Assembly (NCBI RefSeq): GCF_041248615.1
Contig: NZ_CP158426.1
DNA length: 64,000 bases
Source of the DNA: Escherichia coli
Lineage (GTDB): Bacteria > Pseudomonadota > Gammaproteobacteria > Enterobacterales > Enterobacteriaceae
Reading direction: 5' to 3' (one strand)
The notes beneath the pieces are model-generated. The model saw nothing but the letters and a program-made list of their open reading frames with translations, had not been told where the DNA came from and ran no database searches. The first letter of the stretch is position 1, and each line of letters starts with the position of its first letter. This document shows, piece after piece, positions 30,555 to 44,481 of the stretch. Position numbers and translations under genes: made by a program.

Positions 30555-31808
30555 GTGAGTCACTGGGCTACATTCAAACAAACAGCAACTAATTTATGGG
30601 TGACCCTACGGCACGACATTCTCGCGCTGGCCGTCTTTTTAAATGGATTGCTTATTTTTAAAACAATCTATGGTATGTCGGTCAATTTGCTAGATATTTT
30701 CCATATCAAAGCATTTTCAGAGTTGGATCTCTCCTTGCTGGCAAACGCCCCACTCTTTATGCTCGGCGTCTTTCTTGTCCTGAACTCCATTGGCTTACTG
30801 TTCCGGGCAAAGCTCGCATGGGCAATCAGTATCATTTTGTTGTTGATAGCGCTAATTTACACCCTGCATTTTTATCCCTGGCTGAAATTTAGTATTGGAT
30901 TTTGCATTTTTACGCTGGTGTTTTTGCTGATACTGCGCAAAGACTTCTCCCACAGTAGCGCCGCAGCCGGGACAATTTTCGCATTTATTAGTTTCACGAC
31001 GTTACTGTTTTACTCCACCTACGGTGCGCTTTATTTAAGCGAAGGTTTTAATCCGCGAATAGAAAGTTTGATGACCGCGTTCTATTTTTCGATAGAAACC
31101 ATGTCAACCGTCGGCTATGGCGATATTGTCCCTGTTTCTGAATCAGCACGATTGTTCACTATTTCGGTCATTATTTCCGGCATTACCGTTTTTGCCACCT
31201 CTATGACCTCAATTTTTGGTCCGCTTATCCGCGGGGGATTCAACAAACTTGTAAAAGGAAACAATCATACAATGCATCGTAAAGATCATTTTATTGTTTG
31301 CGGACATTCGATTCTCGCCATCAATACGATCCTGCAACTGAATCAACGCGGACAAAACGTAACGGTTATCAGCAACTTGCCTGAAGATGATATCAAGCAA
31401 CTTGAGCAACGCTTAGGCGATAACGCTGATGTTATCCCCGGTGACAGTAATGACAGTTCAGTCTTAAAGAAAGCGGGAATCGATCGTTGCCGGGCCATTC
31501 TGGCGCTGAGTGATAACGATGCAGATAACGCGTTTGTTGTACTCTCGGCAAAAGATATGAGCAGTGATGTCAAAACAGTTCTCGCCGTCAGTGATAGCAA
31601 AAACCTGAATAAGATTAAGATGGTACATCCGGATATCATTCTCTCGCCGCAACTGTTTGGCAGCGAAATTCTGGCGCGAGTTTTAAATGGTGAAGAGATT
31701 AATAATGATATGCTCGTTTCAATGTTGTTGAACTCCGGTCATGGCATTTTCAGCGATAACGATGAACAAGAAACGAAAGCTGACAGTAAAGAATCGGCGC
31801 AAAAATAG
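30555..31808 (+). CDS. kch: Voltage-gated K+ channel homolog Kch
   Basis: 417-aa product from a GTG start at 30555; pore signature TVGYGD and C-terminal RCK/TrkA domain. Confidence 0.93.
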   Translation: MSHWATFKQTATNLWVTLRHDILALAVFLNGLLIFKTIYGMSVNLLDIFHIKAFSELDLSLLANAPLFMLGVFLVLNSIGLLFRAKLAWAISIILLLIALIYTLHFYPWLKFSIGFCIFTLVFLLILRKDFSHSSAAAGTIFAFISFTTLLFYSTYGALYLSEGFNPRIESLMTAFYFSIETMSTVGYGDIVPVSESARLFTISVIISGITVFATSMTSIFGPLIRGGFNKLVKGNNHTMHRKDHFIVCGHSILAINTILQLNQRGQNVTVISNLPEDDIKQLEQRLGDNADVIPGDSNDSSVLKKAGIDRCRAILALSDNDADNAFVVLSAKDMSSDVKTVLAVSDSKNLNKIKMVHPDIILSPQLFGSEILARVLNGEEINNDMLVSMLLNSGHGIFSDNDEQETKADSKESAQK

Positions 31809-31862
31809 AGTTTAAAGACGGAAGAGTAAACTTATTGGGCACCGCAATGGTGCCCAGTACAT

Positions 31863-32036
31863 TTAGATATTGTAGATCGCAAACAATAACGAGTTACGCT
31901 GTTTGTTTAGAATGCACTTCCTGATGCTGTGGATACGCATATTTCGGCGCGATTGCCCCTCAAGCCAACGCGATTTACGTCGGCTAGCCTGACGCTGCAT
32001 GCGCCAGCGCCCCACTTCCGTTCTACTCCGCTTCAT
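31863..32036 (-). CDS. yciY: Small basic protein, 57 aa (MKRSRTEVGRWRMQRQASRRKSRW...), YciY-like
   Basis: Internal Met of track ORF 31863..32147; size and position between kch and clsA match the small K-12 ORF I recall as yciY; functional status uncertain. Confidence 0.4.
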   Translation of the reverse strand: MKRSRTEVGRWRMQRQASRRKSRWLEGQSRRNMRIHSIRKCILNKQRNSLLFAIYNI

Positions 32037-32178
32037 GTTAACTACTCTATGCAATAACAGAATGGTCATTATACCCCCGCCCCCGACGCTGACCAGTGCT
32101 TTTCCCGCGTTTTTATTTGCCAGATGAATCCATATGCGTAAACTCATAACAATGCGCTTTCAAAAGGATTTCTAATCT

Positions 32179-34003
<1,825 letters not shown>

Positions 34004-34023
34004 ATAATCGCTTTCGGCGTGAA

Positions 34024-34055
34024 AAAGGGCTGACAACTGTCAGCCCTTATTGTGT
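34024..34055. terminator. Bidirectional terminator between convergent yciU and oppF
   Basis: Hairpin AAGGGCTGACA-AC-TGTCAGCCCTT flanked by A-run and T-rich sequence. Confidence 0.7.
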
Positions 34056-35060
34056 TTAAAGCGGATCGACTTTCAGGCAAGAAACGGCGTGTCTGAAACT
34101 CCCCTCCAGAACAGGACGTGTTTTGGCGCACTCCGGACCGGCAATCGGGCAACGGGTACGGAAAACACAACCGGAAGGCGGGTTGATCGGCGACGGTAAT
34201 TCCCCTTCCAGTAACTGGATGGTTTTGTTCTTCTCCAGATCCGGATCAGGTATGGGGACTGCCGACATCAATGCCCTGGTGTAAGGATGTAGTGGATTGT
34301 GGTAGACCTCATCATAGGTCCCCAGTTCTACCGCATGGCCGAGATACATCACCAGCACACGATCGGAAATGTGTTTTACCACGGCAAGGTCGTGAGCGAT
34401 AAAAATTAATGACAATCCCATCTCGCGTTGCAGCTGCTGGAGCAGGTTGACCACCTGCGCCTGAATTGACACGTCCAGCGCCGACACCGGCTCATCACAG
34501 ATAATCAGCTTCGGTTCAAGAATAAGAGCACGAGCAATCCCGATACGCTGGCACTGCCCACCAGAGAACTCATGCGGATAGCGGTTAATCAGGTTAGGCA
34601 ATAACCCGACTTTCAGCATCATCGCCTTCACGCGCTCGCGAACTTCCTGGCGTGACATTTTCGGATGATAGGTACGCAGCGGTTCAGCGATAATCTCGCC
34701 GATGGTCATACGCGGGTTAAGCGATGCCAATGGATCCTGGAAAATCATCTGAATATCACTGCGAACGGCACGCCATTCATCGGGCTTCATGCCCAGCAAC
34801 TCTTTACCTAACCAGGCAACATGACCGTCGGTCGCCTTGACCAAACCGATGATGGCGCGAGCAAAGGTGGACTTACCGCATCCCGATTCCCCTACCACAC
34901 CTAATGTTTCCCCTTCATACAGGCGAAGAGTGACACCATCGACGGCTTTGAGCGTTTTCGGCGGTTGCCAGAACCACTGTTTGCCATCTTTGATTTCAAA
35001 ATGCACTTTCAGATCGGCGATTTCGAGGAGGACTTTTCTTCCTTCGGTTACAGCATTCAT
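34056..35060 (-). CDS. oppF: Oligopeptide ABC transporter ATP-binding protein OppF
   Basis: 334-aa ORF with Walker [10 protein letters not shown] and ABC signature LSGGQ. Confidence 0.96.
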   Translation of the reverse strand: MNAVTEGRKVLLEIADLKVHFEIKDGKQWFWQPPKTLKAVDGVTLRLYEGETLGVVGESGCGKSTFARAIIGLVKATDGHVAWLGKELLGMKPDEWRAVRSDIQMIFQDPLASLNPRMTIGEIIAEPLRTYHPKMSRQEVRERVKAMMLKVGLLPNLINRYPHEFSGGQCQRIGIARALILEPKLIICDEPVSALDVSIQAQVVNLLQQLQREMGLSLIFIAHDLAVVKHISDRVLVMYLGHAVELGTYDEVYHNPLHPYTRALMSAVPIPDPDLEKNKTIQLLEGELPSPINPPSGCVFRTRCPIAGPECAKTRPVLEGSFRHAVSCLKVDPL

Positions 35061-36070
35061 AACAGTTCCTCCACCGGTTTAAAGCAAGCACGCAGACGGC
35101 CAGGCGTAAACTCTTCCAGCGGCGGTGCGCTACTACAAATTTCCATCGCATGTGGACAACGTGGCTGGAACGGGCAACCTTTCGGTAATCGCAGCAGGTT
35201 TGGCGGATTACCCGGGATGGTCAACATTGTTTCACCTTCCGCATCGAGACGCGGCACCGCGTTGAGCAAACCGATAGAATAAGGATGAACGGGTTGATAA
35301 AAGACATCGCGCGCATTGCCATATTCCATCGTGCGCCCGGCGTACATTACCAGCACTTTGTCGCAGATCCCCGCAACCACGCCAAGATCGTGGGTGATCA
35401 TAATGATGGCGGTATTAAATTCCCGCTTCAGTTCATTTAATAGCGTCATGATCTGCGCCTGTACGGTGACGTCCAGCGCAGTAGTGGGTTCATCAGCAAT
35501 CAGCAGCTTAGGTCGACATAGCAATGCCATCGCAATCATGACTCGCTGACGCATGCCACCAGAAAATTCGTGCGGGTACATTTTCATGCGTTTACGCGCT
35601 TCCGGCATTTTTACCGCATCTAGCATCCGCACCGACTCTTCAAACGCCTCAGCTTTGCTCATGTTCTTATGCAGCATCAGCACTTCCATCAACTGCTCAC
35701 CGACGCGCATATAGGGATTCAACGAAGTCATTGGGTCCTGAAAAATCATTGAGATTTGTTCAGCGCGCAGTCTATTGAGTTCACGCTCTGGCAAATTGAG
35801 GATTTCACGCCCATTGAAGGTTGCCGATCCGCCAATACGTCCGTTGGCAGCCAGCAGGCCCATCAACGCAAACGCAGTTTGCGATTTACCCGAACCAGAC
35901 TCACCTACAATGCCCAGCGTTTCTCCGGCACGTAGGGAAAAATTCAAATCATTGACCGCCGTGACGTCTCCGTCCGGGGTACTAAAGGTGACACGCAAAT
36001 CTTTCACGTTCAGCAGTGCGTCAGCCTGTTGTTGTGCGAGCGGCACAGTTGCAGTTTCAATTACGCTCAT
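35057..36070 (-). CDS. oppD: Oligopeptide ABC transporter ATP-binding protein OppD
   Basis: 337-aa ORF with Walker [10 protein letters not shown]; overlaps oppF by 4 bp. Confidence 0.96.
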   Translation of the reverse strand: MSVIETATVPLAQQQADALLNVKDLRVTFSTPDGDVTAVNDLNFSLRAGETLGIVGESGSGKSQTAFALMGLLAANGRIGGSATFNGREILNLPERELNRLRAEQISMIFQDPMTSLNPYMRVGEQLMEVLMLHKNMSKAEAFEESVRMLDAVKMPEARKRMKMYPHEFSGGMRQRVMIAMALLCRPKLLIADEPTTALDVTVQAQIMTLLNELKREFNTAIIMITHDLGVVAGICDKVLVMYAGRTMEYGNARDVFYQPVHPYSIGLLNAVPRLDAEGETMLTIPGNPPNLLRLPKGCPFQPRCPHAMEICSSAPPLEEFTPGRLRACFKPVEELL

Positions 36071-36081
36071 GGCTGCACTCC

Positions 36082-36990
36082 TTAACGATCTTTCGGGTCG
36101 AGGGCATCACGCAAGCCATCGCCGATAAAGTTGAAACAAAATAGCGTCACCACGAGGAATCCCGCTGGGAACAACAGTAACCATGGAGAGACTTCCATCG
36201 AGTTCGCGCCATCACTCAGCAATGCGCCCCAGCTGCTTAACGGCTCTTGCGTCCCCAACCCCAGGAAGCTAAGGAAAGATTCAAAGAGGATCATGCTGGG
36301 CACCAGTAGCGATGCGTAGACCACCACCACACCGAGTACGTTCGGTACAATGTGGCGAATAACAATGCCCGGCGTCGATACACCGCCAACTTGTGCCGCC
36401 TCAATAAACTCTTTACGCTTCAGACTCAGGGTTTGCCCACGCACAATACGAGCCATATCCAGCCAGGAAACCATGCCAATCGCCACGAAAATCAGCAGGA
36501 TGTTTTGACCGAAAAAGGTCACCAGCAAAATGACGAAGAACATGAATGGGAAGGAGTTGAGGATTTCCAGCAGACGCATCATTACCGAATCCACTTTACC
36601 GCCCAGATAACCGGAAAGCGAACCATAAAGTGTCCCGACGACCACAGCCACCAGTGCCGCAGCAACACCGACCATGAGTGAGATACGCCCGCCAATCGCA
36701 ACGCGCACAAGCAGGTCGCGACCGGATGAGTCAGTACCAAAGTAGTGACCGGACTCCATATCCGGGGCGCTGGACATCATCGCCCAGTCAGTATCGTCAT
36801 AGGCAAACTGCGAAAGCATCGGTGCCAGGATGACAAATAACGCGATCAGCACCAGCACTATCAGACTGGCAACCGCCGCACGGTTATGCATAAAACGTCG
36901 ACGTGCGTCCTGCCACAAGCTGCGCCCTTCGACCTCCAGCTTTTCACTGAAATTTTCCAGCGTCTCGCTGTTTTTCTTACTTAACATCAT
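36082..36990 (-). CDS. oppC: Oligopeptide ABC transporter permease OppC
   Basis: 302-aa multi-TM permease; operon context. Confidence 0.95.
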   Translation of the reverse strand: MMLSKKNSETLENFSEKLEVEGRSLWQDARRRFMHNRAAVASLIVLVLIALFVILAPMLSQFAYDDTDWAMMSSAPDMESGHYFGTDSSGRDLLVRVAIGGRISLMVGVAAALVAVVVGTLYGSLSGYLGGKVDSVMMRLLEILNSFPFMFFVILLVTFFGQNILLIFVAIGMVSWLDMARIVRGQTLSLKRKEFIEAAQVGGVSTPGIVIRHIVPNVLGVVVVYASLLVPSMILFESFLSFLGLGTQEPLSSWGALLSDGANSMEVSPWLLLFPAGFLVVTLFCFNFIGDGLRDALDPKDR

Positions 36991-37004
36991 CGCGAGCTCC
37001 AGTA

Positions 37005-37925
37005 TCAGTAACGGATTTTCGGGTCGATAACCGCATATAGCACATCGACAATGGCATTAAACAAAATGGTTAACGCACCAACCAGGATAGTCAGGCTTAA
37101 CACTAAGGAATAGTCACGGTTCAATGCGCCATTAACGAACAGTTGCCCAATCCCCGGCAAACCATAAATGGTTTCGATAACCATAGAACCGGTAATAATG
37201 CCGACAAATGCGGGGCCCATATAGGAGAGCACGGGTAACAGAGCAGGTTTTAATGCGTGGCGTAAAATGATCCGCCGCATAGGCAACCCTTTCGCCCGGG
37301 CAGTACGAATAAAGTTGGAGTGTAAAACCTCAATCATAGAGCCACGGGTAATACGCGCAATACTGGCGATATAGGCGAGTGACAACGCCACCATTGGCAG
37401 TATCATGAATTTAAGCGCACCACCATTCCAGCCACCGCCCGGCAGCCAATGCAAAATGATCGCAAATATCATGACTAATAATGGCGCAACCACAAAACTG
37501 GGGATAACAACCCCGGTCATTGCCAGCCCCATCACGGTATAGTCCCATTTGGTGTTTTGTTTTAATGCGGCAATAACGCCAGCACTAACACCCAGTATTA
37601 CCGCAAGGAAAAATGCTGCGGCTCCCAGTTTGGCAGAAACGGGAAAACTGGATGCAACCAGGTCGTTGACCGAATAATCTTTATATTTAAACGATGGACC
37701 GAAATCGCCATGCGCCAGTTGTTTCAGGTAGCTGAAATACTGTGTCATGATCGGATCATTAAGATGATATTTCGCTTCGATATTGGCCATCACTTCTGGC
37801 GGTAAAGTACGTTCGCCGGTAAAAGGGCTTCCCGGCGCGAGGCGCATCATAAAGAACGAAATAGTAATAAGAATAAATAGCGTCGGAATCGCTTCCAGAC
37901 AGCGACGTAGAATAAATTTTAACAT
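37005..37925 (-). CDS. oppB: Oligopeptide ABC transporter permease OppB
   Basis: 306-aa multi-TM permease; operon context. Confidence 0.95.
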   Translation of the reverse strand: MLKFILRRCLEAIPTLFILITISFFMMRLAPGSPFTGERTLPPEVMANIEAKYHLNDPIMTQYFSYLKQLAHGDFGPSFKYKDYSVNDLVASSFPVSAKLGAAAFFLAVILGVSAGVIAALKQNTKWDYTVMGLAMTGVVIPSFVVAPLLVMIFAIILHWLPGGGWNGGALKFMILPMVALSLAYIASIARITRGSMIEVLHSNFIRTARAKGLPMRRIILRHALKPALLPVLSYMGPAFVGIITGSMVIETIYGLPGIGQLFVNGALNRDYSLVLSLTILVGALTILFNAIVDVLYAVIDPKIRY

Positions 37926-38010
37926 TGCCCTACCTTCTGGCCTGTGCCTTCTGTAATGCGATAAAAATCAGACACCGTGGAGCAGGACACGCCTGCCCCA
38001 CGTATTGCCA

Positions 38011-39642
38011 TTAGTGCTTCACAATGTACATATTCCGGGTGTAGGTATTATCCAGCGGATCTTTGCCGGTATAGCCACCAACCCACGGTTTCACCAGACG
38101 CGCATTCACGTAGTAATAAACAGGAACAATGGCCGAATCCTTATCCAGCTGTTGTTCTGCTTTAGTGTACAGAGCTGTGCGCTGCGCCTCGTCAGTCGCT
38201 TTCAGCGTTTCCGCCATAATGCTGTCAAAGGCCGGGCTCTTATAATGCGCGGTATTCATCGAGCTGTTCGACAGCATGGTGTTCAGGAAGGAAGTTGGTT
38301 CGTTGTAGTCTGCACACCAGCCTGCACGGGCCACATCAAAAGTGCCCTGGTGACGGGTGTCGAGGAATGTTTTCCACTCCTGGTTAACCAGTTTGACGTT
38401 TACACCAATGTTTTTCTTCCACAATGAAGAGGCAGCAATCGCCAGCTTTTTATGCAGATCGGAGGTGTTATACAACAGGTTGATGGTTAACGGTTTGTCT
38501 GCGGTATAACCCGCTTCAGCCAGCAGTTTTTTCGCTTCTTCGTTACGTTTTTCCTGGCTCCAGCCAAACCATTCCGGCTGAGTCAATTTTGCGCCATCAG
38601 TATACGGTGGAGTGTAACCATAGGCGGGCATGTCGCCCTGCGCTTTCACTTTATTAACAATGATATCGCGGTCCATACCCAGTTTCAGTGCGGTACGCAC
38701 ACGTACATCGTTAAATGGCGGTTTCTGGTTGTTAATTTCGTAATAATAAGTGCACAGGTATGGATCAACGTGAACTTCGTCCGGGATCTCTTTTTTCAGC
38801 TTCTGGAACAATTCGATCGGCATGTTGTTATAAGTCATGTCGATTTCACCACTACGGTAGCGATTGACATCGGTAACTTCAGAAGCAATAGGCAAATAGG
38901 TTACCTGGTTAATAACGGTTTTCGCGTTGTTCCAGTAGGTCGGGCTGCGTTCAAGAACGATTCGTTCGTTTACGACCCAATCTTTTAAGGTATAGGCACC
39001 GTTGGTGACGATATTACCAGGCTGGGTCCATTTTTCGCCGAATTTCTCGATAGCGGCTTTTGGCACCGGTGAAGTTGATGGGTGAACAAGTAATTTATAG
39101 AAGTACGGAACAGGTTCACTTAAGGTGACTTCTAATGTGTGATCATCAATAGCTTTCACGCCGAGATCGGTAATCGGTTTTTTCCCTTCAAGAATTTCAT
39201 CAATACCGGCGATATGCCCATATTGCAGATAACTGGCATACGGAGAAGCGGTGTTCGGATCAACAGAACGTTGCCAGCTATACACAAAGTCTTGGGCTGT
39301 GACTGGCGTGCCATCAGACCATTTCGCATCTTTACGCAAATGGAAGGTCCAGACTTTCGCGTCTTTATTATCCCAGGATTCAGCGACGCCAGGTGCCGGA
39401 TGGCCGTCAAGATCGCTGACCAGTAAGCCTTCAAACAGGTCTCGGCTGATATTAGACTCCGGAACACCTTCAATTTTGTGCGGATCTAATGACTGAACTT
39501 CTGAACCATTGTTACGTACCAGCGTTTGTTTTTCCGCCAGTGTGACGCCTGCGGGTACATCAGCTGCCAGCGCGACATTCCCTGCCATAAGCGCAGCCAG
39601 AACGCCAGCTGCTACTAAACTTCTCTTGGTGATGTTGGTCAT
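38011..39642 (-). CDS. oppA: Periplasmic oligopeptide-binding protein OppA
   Basis: 543-aa product starting MTNITKRSLVAAGVLAALMAGNVALA (signal peptide) with strong GAGGGAG Shine-Dalgarno; track ORF is extended 24 codons upstream. Confidence 0.96.
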   Translation of the reverse strand: MTNITKRSLVAAGVLAALMAGNVALAADVPAGVTLAEKQTLVRNNGSEVQSLDPHKIEGVPESNISRDLFEGLLVSDLDGHPAPGVAESWDNKDAKVWTFHLRKDAKWSDGTPVTAQDFVYSWQRSVDPNTASPYASYLQYGHIAGIDEILEGKKPITDLGVKAIDDHTLEVTLSEPVPYFYKLLVHPSTSPVPKAAIEKFGEKWTQPGNIVTNGAYTLKDWVVNERIVLERSPTYWNNAKTVINQVTYLPIASEVTDVNRYRSGEIDMTYNNMPIELFQKLKKEIPDEVHVDPYLCTYYYEINNQKPPFNDVRVRTALKLGMDRDIIVNKVKAQGDMPAYGYTPPYTDGAKLTQPEWFGWSQEKRNEEAKKLLAEAGYTADKPLTINLLYNTSDLHKKLAIAASSLWKKNIGVNVKLVNQEWKTFLDTRHQGTFDVARAGWCADYNEPTSFLNTMLSNSSMNTAHYKSPAFDSIMAETLKATDEAQRTALYTKAEQQLDKDSAIVPVYYYVNARLVKPWVGGYTGKDPLDNTYTRNMYIVKH

Positions 39643-40379
39643 TGTTTTTTGGACTCCCTCATTATAATTACTGGTATTAACCAGCATGTGTAATCCCGGA
39701 TTGGGACCCTGCACAGGCTCGGAGACTTTCTGCTGTCAGGTTACTTTATCGTTACGTATTACTATCACCGACTTTATTTATTCTGGTGATTCAGACGATC
39801 ACCTTATGTCGATTCGTACTGTGTCTCCCCTGTCGAGACACATTATTCTTTCGCGACGCTCTTTAATTGTTAATTATTCTCATTACCAATAAAGAATCGT
39901 CTGGCGGTTGCCCGAAAAGTACCAAATGCGGTTCTTACTCGCCAATACATTTTGCAAAATTGTTAAGCAATTCTCTTTTATTGACCGTATCAGAATCTAT
40001 AGCTTGCATCCATGTCTTAACAAACATCTTTTAATTCAATTAAATAGAGATTGGTTAAGCATGTCTCTCTTTTCTGATTACAGTTCCAGTAGTGAAATGC
40101 ACAATAATTTAACAATTGATTATTATTTAGCACTTTCCTCTACCAAAGGCAGTGGAATTACTAATATCATTTCAATTATTCTTCAGCAAGCCCAGGATTA
40201 TGATGTGGCGAAAATAACATGATGGTGAGGAGAAGCAGTTAAGGAAATCCTTATAACCAACTGTAATTTGAGAAGAATATTTTCACCCATTCCTTTTGCT
40301 TTTGATAACTGCGCGGGAACAAAGTAAAAATAATGACGAAGTAAACGGAGCATGACAGCTCCGTTTCATTTGAAAGGAA

Positions 40380-41027
40380 TTAATTAAGCAGGCCGGGGAA
40401 AATCCCCTTAATACCAGTAACGATAAATTCAATCCCCAATGCCATCAGCAATAGCCCCATAATACGCGTGATCACGTTGATGCCGGTTTGGCGTAAAACC
40501 CGTACCAGCCACGGTGCCATGCGGAACAATCCCCAGCAACATAAAGCGAACAATGCAATAGCCACAAAGAAACCAAACAGATAGCTAATGCTGTGATAAC
40601 GCGTACCCCAGACGATGGTAGAACTGATCGCCCCTGGCCCCGCCATCAACGGCAACGCCAGTGGCACCACACCAATGCTTTCACGTACCGCGGTTTCTGA
40701 TTTTTCTTGCTTGTTCTGTTTATCCTCGCCAAGCTTGCCGCTGATCATCGACATCGCTATCGTCACCACCAGGATGCCCCCGGCGATACGGAACGAATCA
40801 ATTGATATACCAAAAAGTTGCAGAATCGTGTCGCCGAGAAAAAGCGAGATCCACAAGATAATGGCCACAGACAGGTTGGCTGTAAGGTTAGTTTTGTTTC
40901 GCGCTGCCGCTGTCTGATAACTGGTCATGCTGATAAAGACGGGAATAATCCCTACCGGGTTGACCAGCGCAAATAACCCGATGAAAAATTTGAAGTAAAC
41001 GGGAAAATCAAAAAGGGTCTGAATCAC
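40380..41027 (-). CDS. ychE: MarC-family inner membrane protein YchE
   Basis: 215-aa multi-TM ORF MIQTLFDFPVYFKFFIGLFALVNPVG... Confidence 0.9.
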   Translation of the reverse strand: MIQTLFDFPVYFKFFIGLFALVNPVGIIPVFISMTSYQTAAARNKTNLTANLSVAIILWISLFLGDTILQLFGISIDSFRIAGGILVVTIAMSMISGKLGEDKQNKQEKSETAVRESIGVVPLALPLMAGPGAISSTIVWGTRYHSISYLFGFFVAIALFALCCWGLFRMAPWLVRVLRQTGINVITRIMGLLLMALGIEFIVTGIKGIFPGLLN

Positions 41028-41503
41028 GGTTAGCTCCGAAGCAAAAGCCGGATAATGTTAGCCATAAATAAGGTTAAAAAGACGCGCTGACAATACGCCT
41101 TTTGACAGCATTTTTCACCTCCTAACTACTTAAAATTGCTATCATTCGTTATTGTTATCTGGTTGTGTAAAACATGATAATGTAGCCAACAAATCATACT
41201 ACAATTTATTAACTGTTAGCTATAATGGCGAAAAGCGATGCTGAAAGGTGTCAGCTTTGCAAAAATTTGATTTGGATCACGTAATCAGTACCCAGAAGTG
41301 AGTAATCTTGCTTACGCCACCTGGAAGTGACGCATTAGAGATAATAACTCTAATGTTTAAACTCTTTTAGTAAATCACAGTGAGTGTGAGCGCGAGTAAG
41401 CTTTTGATTTTCATCGGTTAAGCAAATCATCACCGCACTGACTATACTCTCGTATTCGAGCAGATGATTTACTAAAAAAGTTTAACATTATCAGGAGAGC
41501 ATT

Positions 41504-44179
41504 ATGGCTGTTACTAATGTCGCTGAACTTAACGCACTCGTAGAGCGTGTAAAAAAAGCCCAGCGTGAATATGCCAGTTTCACTCAAGAGCAAGTAGACA
41601 AAATCTTCCGCGCCGCCGCTCTGGCTGCTGCAGATGCTCGAATCCCACTCGCGAAAATGGCCGTTGCCGAATCCGGCATGGGTATCGTCGAAGATAAAGT
41701 GATCAAAAACCACTTTGCTTCTGAATATATCTACAACGCCTATAAAGATGAAAAAACCTGTGGTGTTCTGTCTGAAGACGACACTTTTGGTACCATCACT
41801 ATCGCTGAACCAATCGGTATTATTTGCGGTATCGTTCCGACCACTAACCCGACTTCAACTGCTATCTTCAAATCGCTGATCAGCCTGAAGACCCGTAACG
41901 CCATTATCTTCTCCCCGCACCCGCGTGCAAAAGATGCAACCAACAAAGCAGCTGATATCGTTCTGCAGGCTGCTATCGCTGCCGGTGCTCCGAAAGATCT
42001 GATCGGCTGGATCGATCAACCTTCTGTTGAACTGTCTAACGCACTGATGCACCACCCAGACATCAACCTGATCCTCGCGACTGGTGGTCCGGGCATGGTT
42101 AAAGCCGCATACAGCTCCGGTAAACCAGCTATCGGCGTAGGCGCGGGCAACACTCCAGTTGTTATCGATGAAACTGCTGATATCAAACGTGCAGTTGCAT
42201 CTGTACTGATGTCCAAAACCTTCGACAACGGCGTAATCTGTGCTTCTGAACAGTCTGTTGTTGTTGTTGACTCTGTTTATGACGCAGTACGTGAACGTTT
42301 CGCAACCCACGGCGGCTATCTGTTGCAGGGTAAAGAGCTGAAAGCTGTTCAGGACGTTATCCTGAAAAACGGTGCGCTGAACGCGGCTATCGTTGGTCAG
42401 CCAGCCTATAAAATTGCTGAACTGGCAGGCTTCTCTGTACCAGAAAACACCAAGATTCTGATCGGTGAAGTGACCGTTGTTGATGAAAGCGAACCGTTCG
42501 CACATGAAAAACTGTCCCCGACTCTGGCAATGTACCGCGCTAAAGATTTCGAAGACGCGGTAGAAAAAGCAGAGAAACTGGTTGCTATGGGCGGTATCGG
42601 TCATACCTCTTGCCTGTACACTGACCAGGATAACCAACCGGCTCGCGTTTCTTACTTCGGTCAGAAAATGAAAACGGCTCGTATCCTGATTAACACCCCG
42701 GCTTCTCAGGGTGGTATCGGTGACCTGTATAACTTCAAACTCGCACCTTCCCTGACTCTGGGTTGTGGTTCCTGGGGTGGTAACTCCATCTCTGAAAACG
42801 TTGGTCCGAAACACCTGATCAACAAGAAAACCGTTGCTAAGCGAGCTGAAAACATGTTGTGGCACAAACTTCCGAAATCTATCTACTTCCGCCGTGGCTC
42901 CCTGCCAATCGCGCTGGATGAAGTGATTACTGATGGCCACAAACGTGCGCTCATCGTGACTGACCGCTTCCTGTTCAACAATGGTTATGCTGATCAGATC
43001 ACTTCCGTACTGAAAGCAGCAGGCGTTGAAACTGAAGTCTTCTTCGAAGTAGAAGCTGACCCGACCCTGAGCATCGTTCGTAAAGGTGCAGAACTGGCAA
43101 ACTCCTTCAAACCAGACGTGATTATCGCGCTGGGTGGTGGTTCCCCGATGGACGCCGCGAAGATCATGTGGGTTATGTACGAACATCCGGAAACTCACTT
43201 CGAAGAGCTGGCGCTGCGCTTTATGGATATCCGTAAACGTATCTACAAGTTCCCGAAAATGGGCGTGAAAGCGAAAATGATCGCTGTCACCACCACTTCT
43301 GGTACAGGTTCTGAAGTCACTCCGTTTGCGGTTGTAACTGACGACGCTACTGGTCAGAAATATCCGCTGGCAGACTATGCGCTGACCCCGGATATGGCGA
43401 TTGTCGATGCCAACCTGGTTATGGACATGCCGAAGTCCCTGTGTGCTTTCGGTGGTCTGGACGCAGTAACTCACGCCATGGAAGCTTATGTTTCTGTACT
43501 GGCATCTGAGTTCTCTGATGGTCAGGCTCTGCAGGCGCTGAAACTGCTGAAAGAATATCTGCCAGCGTCCTACCACGAAGGATCTAAAAATCCGGTAGCG
43601 CGTGAACGTGTTCACAGTGCAGCAACTATCGCGGGTATCGCGTTTGCGAACGCCTTCCTGGGTGTATGTCACTCAATGGCGCACAAACTGGGTTCCCAGT
43701 TCCATATTCCGCACGGTCTGGCAAACGCCCTGCTGATTTGTAACGTTATTCGCTACAACGCGAACGACAACCCGACCAAGCAGACTGCATTCAGCCAGTA
43801 TGACCGTCCGCAAGCTCGCCGTCGTTATGCTGAAATTGCTGACCACCTGGGTCTGAGCGCACCGGGCGACCGTACTGCTGCTAAGATCGAGAAACTGCTG
43901 GCATGGCTGGAAACGCTGAAAGCTGAACTGGGTATTCCGAAATCTATCCGTGAAGCTGGCGTTCAGGAAGCAGACTTCCTGGCGAATGTGGATAAACTGT
44001 CTGAAGATGCATTCGATGACCAGTGCACCGGCGCTAACCCGCGTTACCCGCTGATCTCCGAGCTGAAACAGATTCTGCTGGATACCTACTACGGTCGTGA
44101 TTATGTAGAAGGTGAAACTGCAGCGAAAAAGGAAGCCGCTCCGGCTAAAGCTGAGAAAAAAGCGAAGAAATCCGCTTAA
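41504..44179 (+). CDS. adhE: Bifunctional aldehyde/alcohol dehydrogenase AdhE
   Basis: 891-aa [57 protein letters not shown]...; ALDH and iron-ADH domains. Confidence 0.97.
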
Positions 44180-44202
44180 TCAGTAGCGCTGTCTGGCAAC
44201 AT

Positions 44203-44234
44203 AAACGGTCCCTTCTGGGGCCGTTTTTTTGTTT
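44203..44234 (+). terminator. Intrinsic terminator after adhE
   Basis: Hairpin AACGGTCCC-TTCT-GGGGCCGTT followed by TTTTTTTGTTTT. Confidence 0.75.
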
Positions 44235-44481
44235 TACCCAAAGCAACTTTCCCATAAACCGACAGCATTTGCCTTCATCATATTTACGGCGATGTATAAC
44301 GCCTACACACAGCGATATTGTACTTTACAGGTCACAAGTCAACGTCACTGTAAAAGCGCTCTGTGAGGGGTATAGTGGCGTTAAAGAACTGTCGAGAAGG
44401 GTATATACACCGGATGAAGTGAGTAAAACGAACTGACAGGATAAAAGCGCCCTGCTCACCCTGTCAGTAAAGAAATTCTTA

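Noticed and set aside
39908-40222. 104-aa plus-strand ORF in the oppA upstream region
   Set aside because: Lies in an AT-rich regulatory interval, has no convincing ribosome-binding site and a low-complexity translation; most likely a chance ORF.
41855-43672. 605-aa minus-strand ORF antisense to adhE
   Set aside because: Lies wholly within adhE, whose 891-aa frame is clearly the real gene; no upstream expression signals.
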